Below, piece by piece: positions 1 through 7,494 of a DNA stretch of 27,429 nt. Origin of the DNA: a virus (taxonomy: Duplodnaviria > Caudoviricetes); IMG/VR virus record IMGVR_UViG_3300017655_000019, positions 1-27,429 of that record. One strand, written 5' to 3'. How positions within the stretch are numbered: the first letter of the stretch is position 1; each line of letters starts with the position of its first letter. The translations under genes and the position numbers were made by a program. Under the pieces are notes generated by a model that did no database searches, was not told the origin of the DNA, and was given only the letters and a program-made list of their open reading frames with translations.

Positions 1-168
1 AGAATGGTAGCGGAGGTCCGTTCCGGTCAGGACAGCCGACACCATGAACGAACCGAGATCCCTTTGGGAACATGGCAGATACGCCTGGGCAAGGCGATCC
101 AGAAATATATGCTGGATCGCGTGCCGGACGCTGCAAACTCAGCGCTTCCGTCGAGCGATGTCGGATGA
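1..168 (+). CDS. Open frame through the att core, probably the 3' end of an integrase/recombinase gene (partial)
   Basis: Frame 1 reads RMVAEVRSGQDSRHHERTEIPLGTWQIRLGKAIQKYMLDRVPDAANSALPSSDVG*. Its TGA (166-168) overlaps the next ATG (165-167). MVAE is what an antisense tRNA-Met end encodes. Confidence 0.45.
   Translation, partial: RMVAEVRSGQDSRHHERTEIPLGTWQIRLGKAIQKYMLDRVPDAANSALPSSDVG
5..16 (-). other. Putative prophage attachment core (copy of a tRNA 3' end)
   Basis: TGGTAGCGGAGG is the reverse complement of CCTCCGCTACCA, the CCA-terminated 3' end recalled for alphaproteobacterial elongator tRNA-Met. It lies distal to the lysis cassette, where a prophage end is expected. No full tRNA is in the window. 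Confidence 0.6.
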
Positions 169-341
169 ATGCGGAGGGGAAAATGAAGCTGGCGCCGGAG
201 ATTGAAGACGCCTTGGACCGCTTTGCCTTGGAGCAAGACATCACGCGCGAAGAAGCGCTTGCGGTCATCGCCCGAGACTGGTTGATCGGGCAAGGATATC
301 TCCGCGCCGATGAAGGGGACGAGGCGGGAGAGGCAGAATGA
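165..341 (+). CDS. Small protein, ribbon-helix-helix/CopG-like
   Basis: Segment ALDRFALEQDITREEALAVIARDWL resembles the helix pair of RHH proteins. Start is ATG165 (ATGA overlap) or ATG183 (GGAGGG upstream) rather than 72. Stop overlaps the next ATG. Confidence 0.6.
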   Translation: MNAEGKMKLAPEIEDALDRFALEQDITREEALAVIARDWLIGQGYLRADEGDEAGEAE

Positions 342-862
342 CCATAACGAGCGTTTGGTTCGTCGAGGGCCATCCTGAGATCGTCACCGAACTCGGCAGA
401 GTTACAGTTCGATGGTCAGCGCTCGATATGATCCTCGTGGAAATCTTGAGCGTTGTCCTGAAAAGTCACGAAGCTGCCCACCAGATTATCTTTTCCAACA
501 ACAATGCTGGAAGGCAGCGCTTCCAAGCTTTCCAGCGAATTATCGGGTCATCCCGTTTAGACGAGCATACCCGAAAGGAAATCTTTGCAGCAATGACCGC
601 ACTTTCCGCCTTGTACGGCGAACGCAACGCGATTGTGCACGAGCCTTTGCAGACCGAGTACAGCGCGGATGGCAAGCGCATTCGGTCTAGCATTGTGGCG
701 GTCGACCGAGACGGAAAACGCCGAAAGGTGAACATTGAGAAGCTGAAAGCCCACAGTGATGAGGTAGATGTACACCTTCATGCGATGGATGAAATTTCTC
801 TGCGGCTCGCGTGTATTCACGAAGCCACATTCGACGACGACCCGCCTCCCGTCGCCCAATGA
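338..862 (+). CDS. Hypothetical helical protein with HEPN-like RNxxxH motif
   Basis: 174 aa, GGGAGAGG RBS, ATGA overlaps at both ends, motif ERNAIVHE. Confidence 0.7.
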   Translation: MTITSVWFVEGHPEIVTELGRVTVRWSALDMILVEILSVVLKSHEAAHQIIFSNNNAGRQRFQAFQRIIGSSRLDEHTRKEIFAAMTALSALYGERNAIVHEPLQTEYSADGKRIRSSIVAVDRDGKRRKVNIEKLKAHSDEVDVHLHAMDEISLRLACIHEATFDDDPPPVAQ

Positions 863-1149
863 CAGAACCCTACCAGCCCCGCTACCAATGGCGACGAACG
901 CAGATCGACGAGGACATGGTGCCAACCGATCTCGACTGGTGCGGATTCGACGGCATGGCCTATATCGGCAGGATCAGGAAAGACACCGCCGGCCCAACGG
1001 CCGGAAAGTGGCAATGGGCGGCGGCATATCCCCGTGAGCTGCGTGACAAGAGGATATTGCCGAACACCGGCTTTGTAGCCACAGCCAGGATTGCCACGCA
1101 GATGGTGGAAGAGTTCTGGGATAGGTGCCTGGAAAAAGTGCGGGGTTAG
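859..1149 (+). CDS. Hypothetical phage protein (Trp-rich, 96 aa)
   Basis: MTEPYQPRYQWRRT... starts at an ATGA overlap with the previous stop and converges on the holin with a 4-nt overlap. Confidence 0.7.
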   Translation: MTEPYQPRYQWRRTQIDEDMVPTDLDWCGFDGMAYIGRIRKDTAGPTAGKWQWAAAYPRELRDKRILPNTGFVATARIATQMVEEFWDRCLEKVRG

Positions 1150-1487
1150 CGTGTCCCGATCCACGTCAGGACTGTCGCACCGAACTTGGTGACAATGAAC
1201 GTCAAGGCCGACGCCCCAATGCCGACGATGGCGAGCGCCCCGATCCCGCGTTGCCGCCACATCTGCACCTCCTCCACGACCGGCTTCATCTCTTTCACGT
1301 CATCCTGCACGTCCTTTACGGCAACCTCGACCTTGCCCATTCGGTCGGCCTGGTCATCCAGCCGACGATGCATGGCGGCACGGCTTATATCGGATTTCTC
1401 CTCCGACCGCCTGACCGTCTCAAGGAGCATATCCACCTTCGCGGTAAGCATTCCGAGTTCGCGTTGCATCGTCGCATCTTCCGCCAT
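1146..1487 (-). CDS. Putative holin (DUF1515-like, coiled coil plus one C-terminal TM segment)
   Basis: Last gene of the lysis cassette. Hydrophobic C-terminus GIGALAIVGIGASALTFIV. Confidence 0.7.
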   Translation of the reverse strand: MAEDATMQRELGMLTAKVDMLLETVRRSEEKSDISRAAMHRRLDDQADRMGKVEVAVKDVQDDVKEMKPVVEEVQMWRQRGIGALAIVGIGASALTFIVTKFGATVLTWIGTR

Positions 1488-1489
1488 GA

Positions 1490-1702
1490 TTATTTCCAGC
1501 AGCCTTTCCGAGCACCTGCCCGGTCATTCGATATAACGCGCTCGGCGCCGGGCCGATCCGCCTGAAGGAGAGCGACCACGCCGGCCGCTGACAGGTTATT
1601 CTTCTGAAACGGGCTGCACCCGGAGACTGTCGCAGTCTGACACCCGGCCAAGGTAAGCGCGGCAAAGCTCATAATCAGACATGCGCTGAAGCGTGGCATC
1701 AT
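1490..1702 (-). CDS. o-spanin (Rz1-like lipoprotein)
   Basis: MMPRFSACLIMSFAALTLAGC contains lipobox LAG-C. AGGAAGG precedes ATG1702/1699. Overlaps the 3' part of the i-spanin in another frame and has further Cys residues. Confidence 0.75.
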   Translation of the reverse strand: MMPRFSACLIMSFAALTLAGCQTATVSGCSPFQKNNLSAAGVVALLQADRPGAERVISNDRAGARKGCWK

Positions 1703-1877
1703 CGCCCTTCCTTTCCAGCTCTTCTTTTTGAGATTGAACGGCCTGTTCGGCGATGAGGTGCGCCCTCGCCTCAGAGCGGGCCGCTGGCAGCGAAACCGCC
1801 TGCATGTAGGCATAGACGGCCAGCGCGCCGAGAAGCGCGCCACCGGCCAGCTTTGCGGCGTCGAGGAGGCCAATCAC
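1596..1877 (-). CDS. i-spanin (Rz-like)
   Basis: N-terminal TM (LAGGALLGALAVYAYM), helical periplasmic part, two C-terminal Cys. GTG start overlaps the endolysin stop. Confidence 0.75.
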   Translation of the reverse strand: MIGLLDAAKLAGGALLGALAVYAYMQAVSLPAARSEARAHLIAEQAVQSQKEELERKGDDATLQRMSDYELCRAYLGRVSDCDSLRVQPVSEE

Positions 1878-2692
1878 TCCGCCACCTCCGCCTTGATCTC
1901 ACGGACCGCGGCGATGATCTGGCTGCGCAGGAGAACGAGCACCAACAAGACCACGACGAGCACGACGCCGCCGGCAACGATGGCCTGCCAGTCCATGCCG
2001 GACAGCCAGCCGAGGCCGATGGTGCCGAGGCCGCCGCCACCCGTCAGCCAGGTCAGCCAGTTGGACTTCTCCTTGACCTTCTGCTCCACCTTCTCGGGCA
2101 CGACGGGCTTTTCGACAGGCACTTCAATTGTCTTCTCGATGATCGACGGCTTCTCAGGCGTCGGCCGCCCGGAGAGCGAAAGCGCCTCGGTACGGACCTG
2201 TTGAACACGTCGCGACCATCCCTTGCCGAAGGTATCCCAGAGCAGCTTGCCTTTGCTTTTGATCGTCTTCAGGAAGGCGAGCCGCTCGTCGCAGAGCTTG
2301 TGGATCACCGTTGCCGGAAGAGCGGCCTTCGCGGCCTTGATCGTGGCCGGCCCGATTTTGCCGTCCTGAGCCACGCCCACGACCTTCTGGAGGTACTGAG
2401 CGGCGCGCGTCGGGCCGCTATTCACGGCGAAATCGAAGACCGCGTAGTCGATCCCATCCGGCAGCTCAGCGCCGGCGATGGCATCCCAGTACTGCCTTCG
2501 ATAGCAGGTGGACGCCTGCCCTTTGGTCAACTTCTTGAGGTCTTCGACCGTACCATTCGGCTTTACGAAGCGCCGAAAGTTCGCCAGCGTTATACCGAGG
2601 TTAGTCGGCCCTCCTGGGTCGGCCTTGTTGTTGGAAAAGCCTCCCTCGCTTTTGAGAACCAGTTCGAGTGCTTTGGGGAAATTTCTATCCAT
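1874..2692 (-). CDS. Endolysin: glycoside hydrolase 108 plus peptidoglycan-binding domain, with C-terminal hydrophobic anchor
   Basis: GH108 signature LKSEGGFSNNKADPGGPTNLGIT, plus FDFAVNSG, DGKIGPAT and FGKGWSRRV. Start at ATG2692 (MDRNF), or 2701. Confidence 0.9.
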   Translation of the reverse strand: MDRNFPKALELVLKSEGGFSNNKADPGGPTNLGITLANFRRFVKPNGTVEDLKKLTKGQASTCYRRQYWDAIAGAELPDGIDYAVFDFAVNSGPTRAAQYLQKVVGVAQDGKIGPATIKAAKAALPATVIHKLCDERLAFLKTIKSKGKLLWDTFGKGWSRRVQQVRTEALSLSGRPTPEKPSIIEKTIEVPVEKPVVPEKVEQKVKEKSNWLTWLTGGGGLGTIGLGWLSGMDWQAIVAGGVVLVVVLLVLVLLRSQIIAAVREIKAEVAE

Positions 2693-2712
2693 ATCCTTCA
2701 TCCCAATAGATG

Positions 2713-2755
2713 TTGCGATTGCGGTTGCTGCCGTCTAGAATCTTGCAGAAGATTC
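2713..2755 (+). promoter_or_regulatory. Putative sigma70 promoter of the HNH gene with overlapping palindrome
   Basis: TTGCGA (2713-2718), 17-nt spacer, TAGAAT (2736-2741). Inverted repeat GAATCTT-gcag-AAGATTC (2738-2755) covers the -10/+1 region. Confidence 0.5.
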
Positions 2756-2769
2756 AAAGAGGTGCGCCG

Positions 2770-3255
2770 ATGCCAAAGTTCATAGACAGAACCGGGCAGA
2801 CGTTTTCTAAGCTTACGATTGTGGAGCGGGCCCCGAGCCGGATACTCAGTGGGAAATTGCGGACTTACTGGCGGTGCGTTTGCGATTGTGGCAACGAGAT
2901 CGATGTGTTGGCGGAGAGCCTCGTCACCGGGAACACACAGAGTTGCGGATGCGCAAAAACCGGCGAATGGTTCAAGACGCACGATTTGTCGAAGACGAAG
3001 ACGTACAACGCGTGGTGCGCGGCAAAGGCACGGTGCACAAACCCAAACCACCAATCTTTCAAATACTATGGCGGGCGCGGGATCGAGATGTGCTCCGAGT
3101 GGCTCGATAGTTTCGAGGCCTTCTACCGGGATATGGGCCCAGCACCCGAAGGTATGGAGATTGAACGCGTGGACAACGACGGACCATATGCGCCCTTCAA
3201 TTGCAAATGGGCGACGCGTTCGGAGCAGAACTACAACCGTCGCCAACGCGCCTGA
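2770..3255 (+). mobile_element. Free-standing HNH-type homing endonuclease gene, antisense to the late operon (161 aa)
   Basis: WRCVCDCG...SCGC, YYGGRGI and [28 protein letters not shown] match the common phage HNH family. AGAGG RBS before ATG2770. Confidence 0.85.
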
Positions 3256-3289
3256 CGAGCGAAAGCGCCCGCTGGAAATTGCGATCCAT
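3254..3289 (-). pseudogene. Orphaned 5' end of a GH108 endolysin (12 codons)
   Basis: AAGGA RBS then MDRNFQRALSLV, 9/12 identical to MDRNFPKALELV at 2692. Homology stops at the HNH stop codon, and the frame closes at TGA 3199-3197. Confidence 0.8.
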
Positions 3290-3381
3290 GGCTATATCCT
3301 TGCTTGGTTGGGATTACGCTTGCCCCGAGCTTGCCGGGGAACACAAAGAACGCTGCCGCGTTCATTGACTGTTAAGAAGAC

Positions 3382-3510
3382 CTATCTCCTCATGGTGAAA
3401 CCCTGCCCGATCGTCGGTACGCCGACCGAATCCAGGTAGCAGGTCAGCGGGTTTCCCTCGTGGCCACGCAGAAACGCGCGGCCACGTTGGGACGTGGTCG
3501 TGATGGCCAT
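3382..3510 (-). pseudogene. Truncated GH24 (T4/P21-like) lysozyme, 42 codons
   Basis: AGGA RBS. MAITTTSQRGRAFLRGHEGNPLTCYLDSVGVPTIGQGFTMRR* keeps the E-x8-D-x5-T catalytic spacing and the TIGxG motif, then stops. Confidence 0.85.
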
Positions 3511-3556
3511 TGAGGTGTCCTGAGCTTTTAGGGTGGATTTAGACGTGCAGGATCCG

Positions 3557-3577
3557 CGCACCATTCGGGATGGTGCG
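3557..3577. other. Intergenic hairpin
   Basis: CGCACCAT-tcggg-ATGGTGCG, an 8-bp stem between the moron and the lysis genes, with no clear U-tract. Confidence 0.4.
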
Positions 3578-3664
3578 GTTCATGGTGTTTCTACGATTGT
3601 CTAATTAAACGGGAAGTGGCATTGCTTTCCGCAAAGGGAATATCTTCTCGATGACGAGGCATGA

Positions 3665-4531
3665 ATGCGAATTCTTATAACCGGCTGCACGGGCTTCATC
3701 GGTCGTTCCGTTGTACGGCATGCGTTGAGCGCCGGTCACAAAGTGACCGCTCCGGTCAGGTCAATGAGTAAGGCCGCTACAGCATTACCAATTGACCACC
3801 CTTCACTGACTCTAGAGCAGTGCGACAGTATATCTTCATACGAGGAGACTGGGCGGCACGACGCACTCATCCACCTGGCGTGGGAAGACGTCGGTGCGCA
3901 TACCAATCCGAAGAACCTGCTTCAGAACACGAACGACCAATTCCTATTCCTGACAAGGCTTATTGACTCCGGCGTAAAAAACCTCACCGTTGCGGGCACA
4001 TGCCTTGAATACGGCTTAACGGATGGATGCCTTTCTGAGGATGGACGATTGAACCCCGTATCGTTCTACGGCCTCGCAAAAATGACCTTGAGCCAAATGT
4101 TGGCCATTCACTGTCAAAGCAAGCCTGGAGTAGACCTCAAGTGGCTGAGGTACTTCTATGTCTACGGAGCAAATCAACGCCCACAATCTCTGCTGCGGCA
4201 GCTGATGAATGCCATAGAAAACGGCGACGAAGCTTTCAACATGTCTCCGGGTGACCAGTTGCGCGACTTCATCCATGTGGAAACGCTTGCCCACAACACA
4301 CTTATGGTCGCGCAGCAAAGTCTTGTCACCGGACCTATAAACATCGGTAACGGCAAACCTACAAAGGTCTTGGATTTTGTGGAGGACTTGATCCGTCTGT
4401 CAAAAGCCCGGATTTCCCCGAACACGGGACACTACCCCTACCACCCATACGAGCCATTCGCTTTTTGGGCAAATACCGAGAAAATGAGTCTCATACCAGG
4501 CATCCGTTTTGATGAAGGGGCCGTCTGGTGA
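3665..4531 (+). CDS. NAD(P)-dependent sugar-nucleotide epimerase/reductase (extended SDR), resembling dTDP-6-deoxy-L-talose 4-dehydrogenase
   Basis: GCTGFIG (GxxGxxG), HLAW, GTCLEYG, YGLAK (YxxxK), GDQLRDFIHV, and C-terminal GHYPYHPYEPFAFW. GAGG RBS. The SDR call is firm, while the substrate is inferred. Confidence 0.85.
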   Translation: MRILITGCTGFIGRSVVRHALSAGHKVTAPVRSMSKAATALPIDHPSLTLEQCDSISSYEETGRHDALIHLAWEDVGAHTNPKNLLQNTNDQFLFLTRLIDSGVKNLTVAGTCLEYGLTDGCLSEDGRLNPVSFYGLAKMTLSQMLAIHCQSKPGVDLKWLRYFYVYGANQRPQSLLRQLMNAIENGDEAFNMSPGDQLRDFIHVETLAHNTLMVAQQSLVTGPINIGNGKPTKVLDFVEDLIRLSKARISPNTGHYPYHPYEPFAFWANTEKMSLIPGIRFDEGAVW

Positions 4532-5361
4532 GCGATACCCCTGCCATTACCGTCATCTATCTGTGGAGATTCGGCAACCCACCCCATTTCGCTCGACGTT
4601 TTCTTGAAAGCCTCATCCGGTACCCGGCTGGCCTCGATTACAAGCTGCTATACCTCTTGAAGGGTTTCCCAGAGGACAAAAAGGACGAAGAGTTTGAAGC
4701 CCTGCGCGACCAACTCCCTTGCCATGCGGAAACTCTTGCGGTTTCTGACGATTTGTACATCACCAGCGCTCATTTGGCAGGCGCGGAATCCGAATTTTGC
4801 GACACCGAATTTGTGTTCCCTCTCACCTCCTGGACCGAGGTGCTCGCGTCGAACTGGCTTCTACATTTTGCCAACGCCTACAAAAACACCCCGAATTGTG
4901 GGATAGTCGGAGCCACGGGAAGTTTCGAATCTATAGGTGATACGACGCCTTTCCCAAACGTCTGCATCAGAACGACGGCGTTCTTCATGAAGAGGGAAGA
5001 TTTTATCAGGGCAGAGCGGGGCCCTCTTGAGACAAAATACGATAACAACCTCATGGAGGCTGGGCCCAACAGCCTGAGCAAACAAATGCTCGACCATGGG
5101 CGCGCCCTCGTAGTCGTTGACAAATTTGGAACCGTTCACGCGCCGTCAGCATGGCCTGAAAGCCTGACTTACCGCGCAGGCCACCAGGAAAACTTGTTGA
5201 TCACAGACAACCGGCCGCACCACTACGACAAAGAAAACAATCGGAGACGAAAGAGACTTGCCAGACACGCGTGGGGCTCACAGATCAATGTGCCTTGGAA
5301 TCCGCCCTGGCGTCGACTTTGGGTGCACCTTAGATATAAGTACGATCTGTTCGTTCGGTGA
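4528..5361 (+). CDS. Hypothetical protein, putative glycosyltransferase-like
   Basis: 277 aa with GTGA overlap to the SDR gene. Motifs GIVGATGS, FPNVCIRTTAFF and QENLLITDN. Basic, Trp-rich C-terminal tail. Confidence 0.6.
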   Translation: MSDTPAITVIYLWRFGNPPHFARRFLESLIRYPAGLDYKLLYLLKGFPEDKKDEEFEALRDQLPCHAETLAVSDDLYITSAHLAGAESEFCDTEFVFPLTSWTEVLASNWLLHFANAYKNTPNCGIVGATGSFESIGDTTPFPNVCIRTTAFFMKREDFIRAERGPLETKYDNNLMEAGPNSLSKQMLDHGRALVVVDKFGTVHAPSAWPESLTYRAGHQENLLITDNRPHHYDKENNRRRKRLARHAWGSQINVPWNPPWRRLWVHLRYKYDLFVR

Positions 5362-5368
5362 GATAACC

Positions 5369-5680
5369 TCATTCTGGCCAAGCTATAGGCGTAATTCCGG
5401 CGATAAAAGCCGCCACGGTCGGCGGCCCGATCTCGCCAGCCTGCACGGCGGCAAGCTGTTCGAACATGTAGATCAGCGCGGCATCACGCCAACCGATGTA
5501 GGCTCGCGCCTCGCTAGCCCACGCAGGGTTCGCGCTGCCGGTGTAGGTGGCAATAGTCACCCGGTTGTCGTATTGCCGCTCCTGCGCCACGTCGTCGAGG
5601 TGAGCGTCAAAGGCAACCTTGTAGTCGTCAAAAATCACCGGGCGCCCCTGCACTATCACATTCCACATTCTCGGTGCCAT
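5369..5680 (-). CDS. Tail fibre-associated protein (probable assembly chaperone)
   Basis: 103 aa directly after the fibre. Pattern HLDDVAQERQYD...WASEARAYIGWRD...PIAWP is typical of such proteins. Confidence 0.7.
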   Translation of the reverse strand: MAPRMWNVIVQGRPVIFDDYKVAFDAHLDDVAQERQYDNRVTIATYTGSANPAWASEARAYIGWRDAALIYMFEQLAAVQAGEIGPPTVAAFIAGITPIAWPE

Positions 5681-5684
5681 CGGC

Positions 5685-7469
5685 TTAGCTCCACTGCATA
5701 ACGACGCCGGAGATGGCGACGTTTTTGTTGTTTGCGGTATCGATTTCCCATTTCATGGAAGTGCCTGAAGGCAGCGATGAGAGGTTGATATTGTTCGTTT
5801 CGTAGATCTTCGGCCCAATAAGCGACTGCGAAAGCGACAGGACTGCTGTCGCCCATGTCGTCCCTCCGTCACGCGACATCTTGGCGATCAGGTCCGTGTT
5901 GATGATCACGGGATCGGTCTCGACCACCTGCACAGCTAATCGACCTGCTGCGGGGGCGCCAGACTGAGCAGCGTAGGGTGTGGACACCAACGTCATGTTT
6001 TGCGTCACAATATTATACTCATACTGAACGGGAACGACCCCGCCTGTATCGGCGGCAAATCCGGTTTGATTTGCCCCGGTGACATCGCCAGCCTTGTATG
6101 ATCTGACAGCAGACGGCAGCCCAGTAGTCGGGCCTCCTGCCGCGATGTAAAGGCCAGTTCGATATACCCCGCTAGAAGGAACGGCGAAGGGCGAAGATAG
6201 AGCAAAAGAAACCCACCCACCTCCAGGGTGCGCTACCGATTGGCTCGCAACGATACTGTATGATGCCGTCGTTATTTCTTGTACGATCTTCACAATGACA
6301 GTCGCTGCCGCAGCGAGATATATCCTTATTCTGCTTATTGTCGTGCTAGACGGAAGAGCGAAAGACCTGTCGATCATCGTATAAGCAAGTGTTGTTGTCC
6401 CTGCGCCAGATGTCGAACTTTGGCCGCCTGAATCGGAACTCACTGTGGGTTCGTATCGATCATTTTCCGCGCTATAAATGGCGTTCGTCTTGGTGGCCAC
6501 GCCGCTTTCATCATCGAAAGCATCGGCAACGCCGCCAACCATGCCGAGGCGTGCCCCCTTAAGGTCCGCGATTTCTAGCGCGAAGATGGCCTCGTTCTTG
6601 CTGCTGCCTCCAGCAGAGAAACGAGGATCATCGCCTGCCGCAACGGTTCCCGCCGTGACCCCGACGTTGAGTGCGGCAGCACTCCCCAGCGTCGGCTTGC
6701 CTGAAAGGTCAGCGTAGGCACCGCTGAACGGCGCGCCTCCATCTTTCAACACCTTGCCGGTTAGCCCATCGAACAGGGCAAGATGCCCGTCGGTCGCGCT
6801 GGCAGGCCCGACTACATCACCTGTGCCCGTACCGTCTTGACCGGGGTCGCCGCGCGGGATCGTAAACGTCACGTGGTACGGATCGCCCGTCGTGCCCGCC
6901 CCGGTGACGTCCATCTCGACATCAGTGCCGGGCAAGCCGGTCTCCGGTTCCTCAAATACGACATTTGCAGCGGCGCCAACCGGACCGGGTTCGCCCTGAG
7001 CGCCTTGGCCGTAAGAGTGCGGCCCAGCCCAATCGCCTTCCGTGTTCGATGCCTTCACCCAAAGCTGGGCAGGCACTTGGGAAACGTCCAGATAAGAAAA
7101 GCCCTTCGGCTTCCCGTCATAGATATCGCGCCCCGCGGTATCGCCGGACATGTCGTATTTCCAGATCGTGCCGGCTTCGAGACCCGCCAGAAGGCGAGCC
7201 AGGGCCTCCGCATTCTGTGCGATCTGCGCATCGTAGGCCGTGTCGCGCACCAGCGCGTAGCTATAGGTGCCGGTCGCTCCGGTCCAATCGACTGCTGCGG
7301 TGATCTGCGTGTCGCTGTCGACGGTGGCGATCGGCAATCCGTTCCCGGCTGCTTCAGGGTAGACGATGCCGCCCTTGATGAGGGCGATCTGCCATGCGGT
7401 TCCGATACCAGTAACCACGGCGCTGCCGTTCGTCAGGGAGATCGTCCCCGTCGTGTAAGGAGTAGTCAT
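5685..7469 (-). CDS. Tail fibre / receptor-binding protein
   Basis: N-terminal YTTGTISLTNGSAVVTGIGTAW anchor, short Gly-X-Y runs (GQGAQGEPGPVG, GDPGQDG), GDVVGPASATDG and YADLSGKP fibre motifs. Confidence 0.85.
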   Translation of the reverse strand: MTTPYTTGTISLTNGSAVVTGIGTAWQIALIKGGIVYPEAAGNGLPIATVDSDTQITAAVDWTGATGTYSYALVRDTAYDAQIAQNAEALARLLAGLEAGTIWKYDMSGDTAGRDIYDGKPKGFSYLDVSQVPAQLWVKASNTEGDWAGPHSYGQGAQGEPGPVGAAANVVFEEPETGLPGTDVEMDVTGAGTTGDPYHVTFTIPRGDPGQDGTGTGDVVGPASATDGHLALFDGLTGKVLKDGGAPFSGAYADLSGKPTLGSAAALNVGVTAGTVAAGDDPRFSAGGSSKNEAIFALEIADLKGARLGMVGGVADAFDDESGVATKTNAIYSAENDRYEPTVSSDSGGQSSTSGAGTTTLAYTMIDRSFALPSSTTISRIRIYLAAAATVIVKIVQEITTASYSIVASQSVAHPGGGWVSFALSSPFAVPSSGVYRTGLYIAAGGPTTGLPSAVRSYKAGDVTGANQTGFAADTGGVVPVQYEYNIVTQNMTLVSTPYAAQSGAPAAGRLAVQVVETDPVIINTDLIAKMSRDGGTTWATAVLSLSQSLIGPKIYETNNINLSSLPSGTSMKWEIDTANNKNVAISGVVMQWS

Positions 7470-7494
7470 GTTGTGAGGTTCCTTGCGGGGCTAG

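Noticed and set aside
1-80. Complete tRNA gene
   Set aside because: Only 12 nt match a tRNA 3' end. No T-arm (GTTCRA) or cloverleaf adjoins it.
2693-3253. Group I intron or intein interrupting the endolysin
   Set aside because: The HNH gene fills almost the whole insert on the opposite strand, leaving no room for a ribozyme core. The would-be intron does not end in G, and the downstream gene has its own complete start.
3615-3635. Possible sigma54 promoter (TGGCA...GC) upstream of the sugar moron
   Set aside because: GG-to-GC spacing is one base off the required GG-N10-GC.
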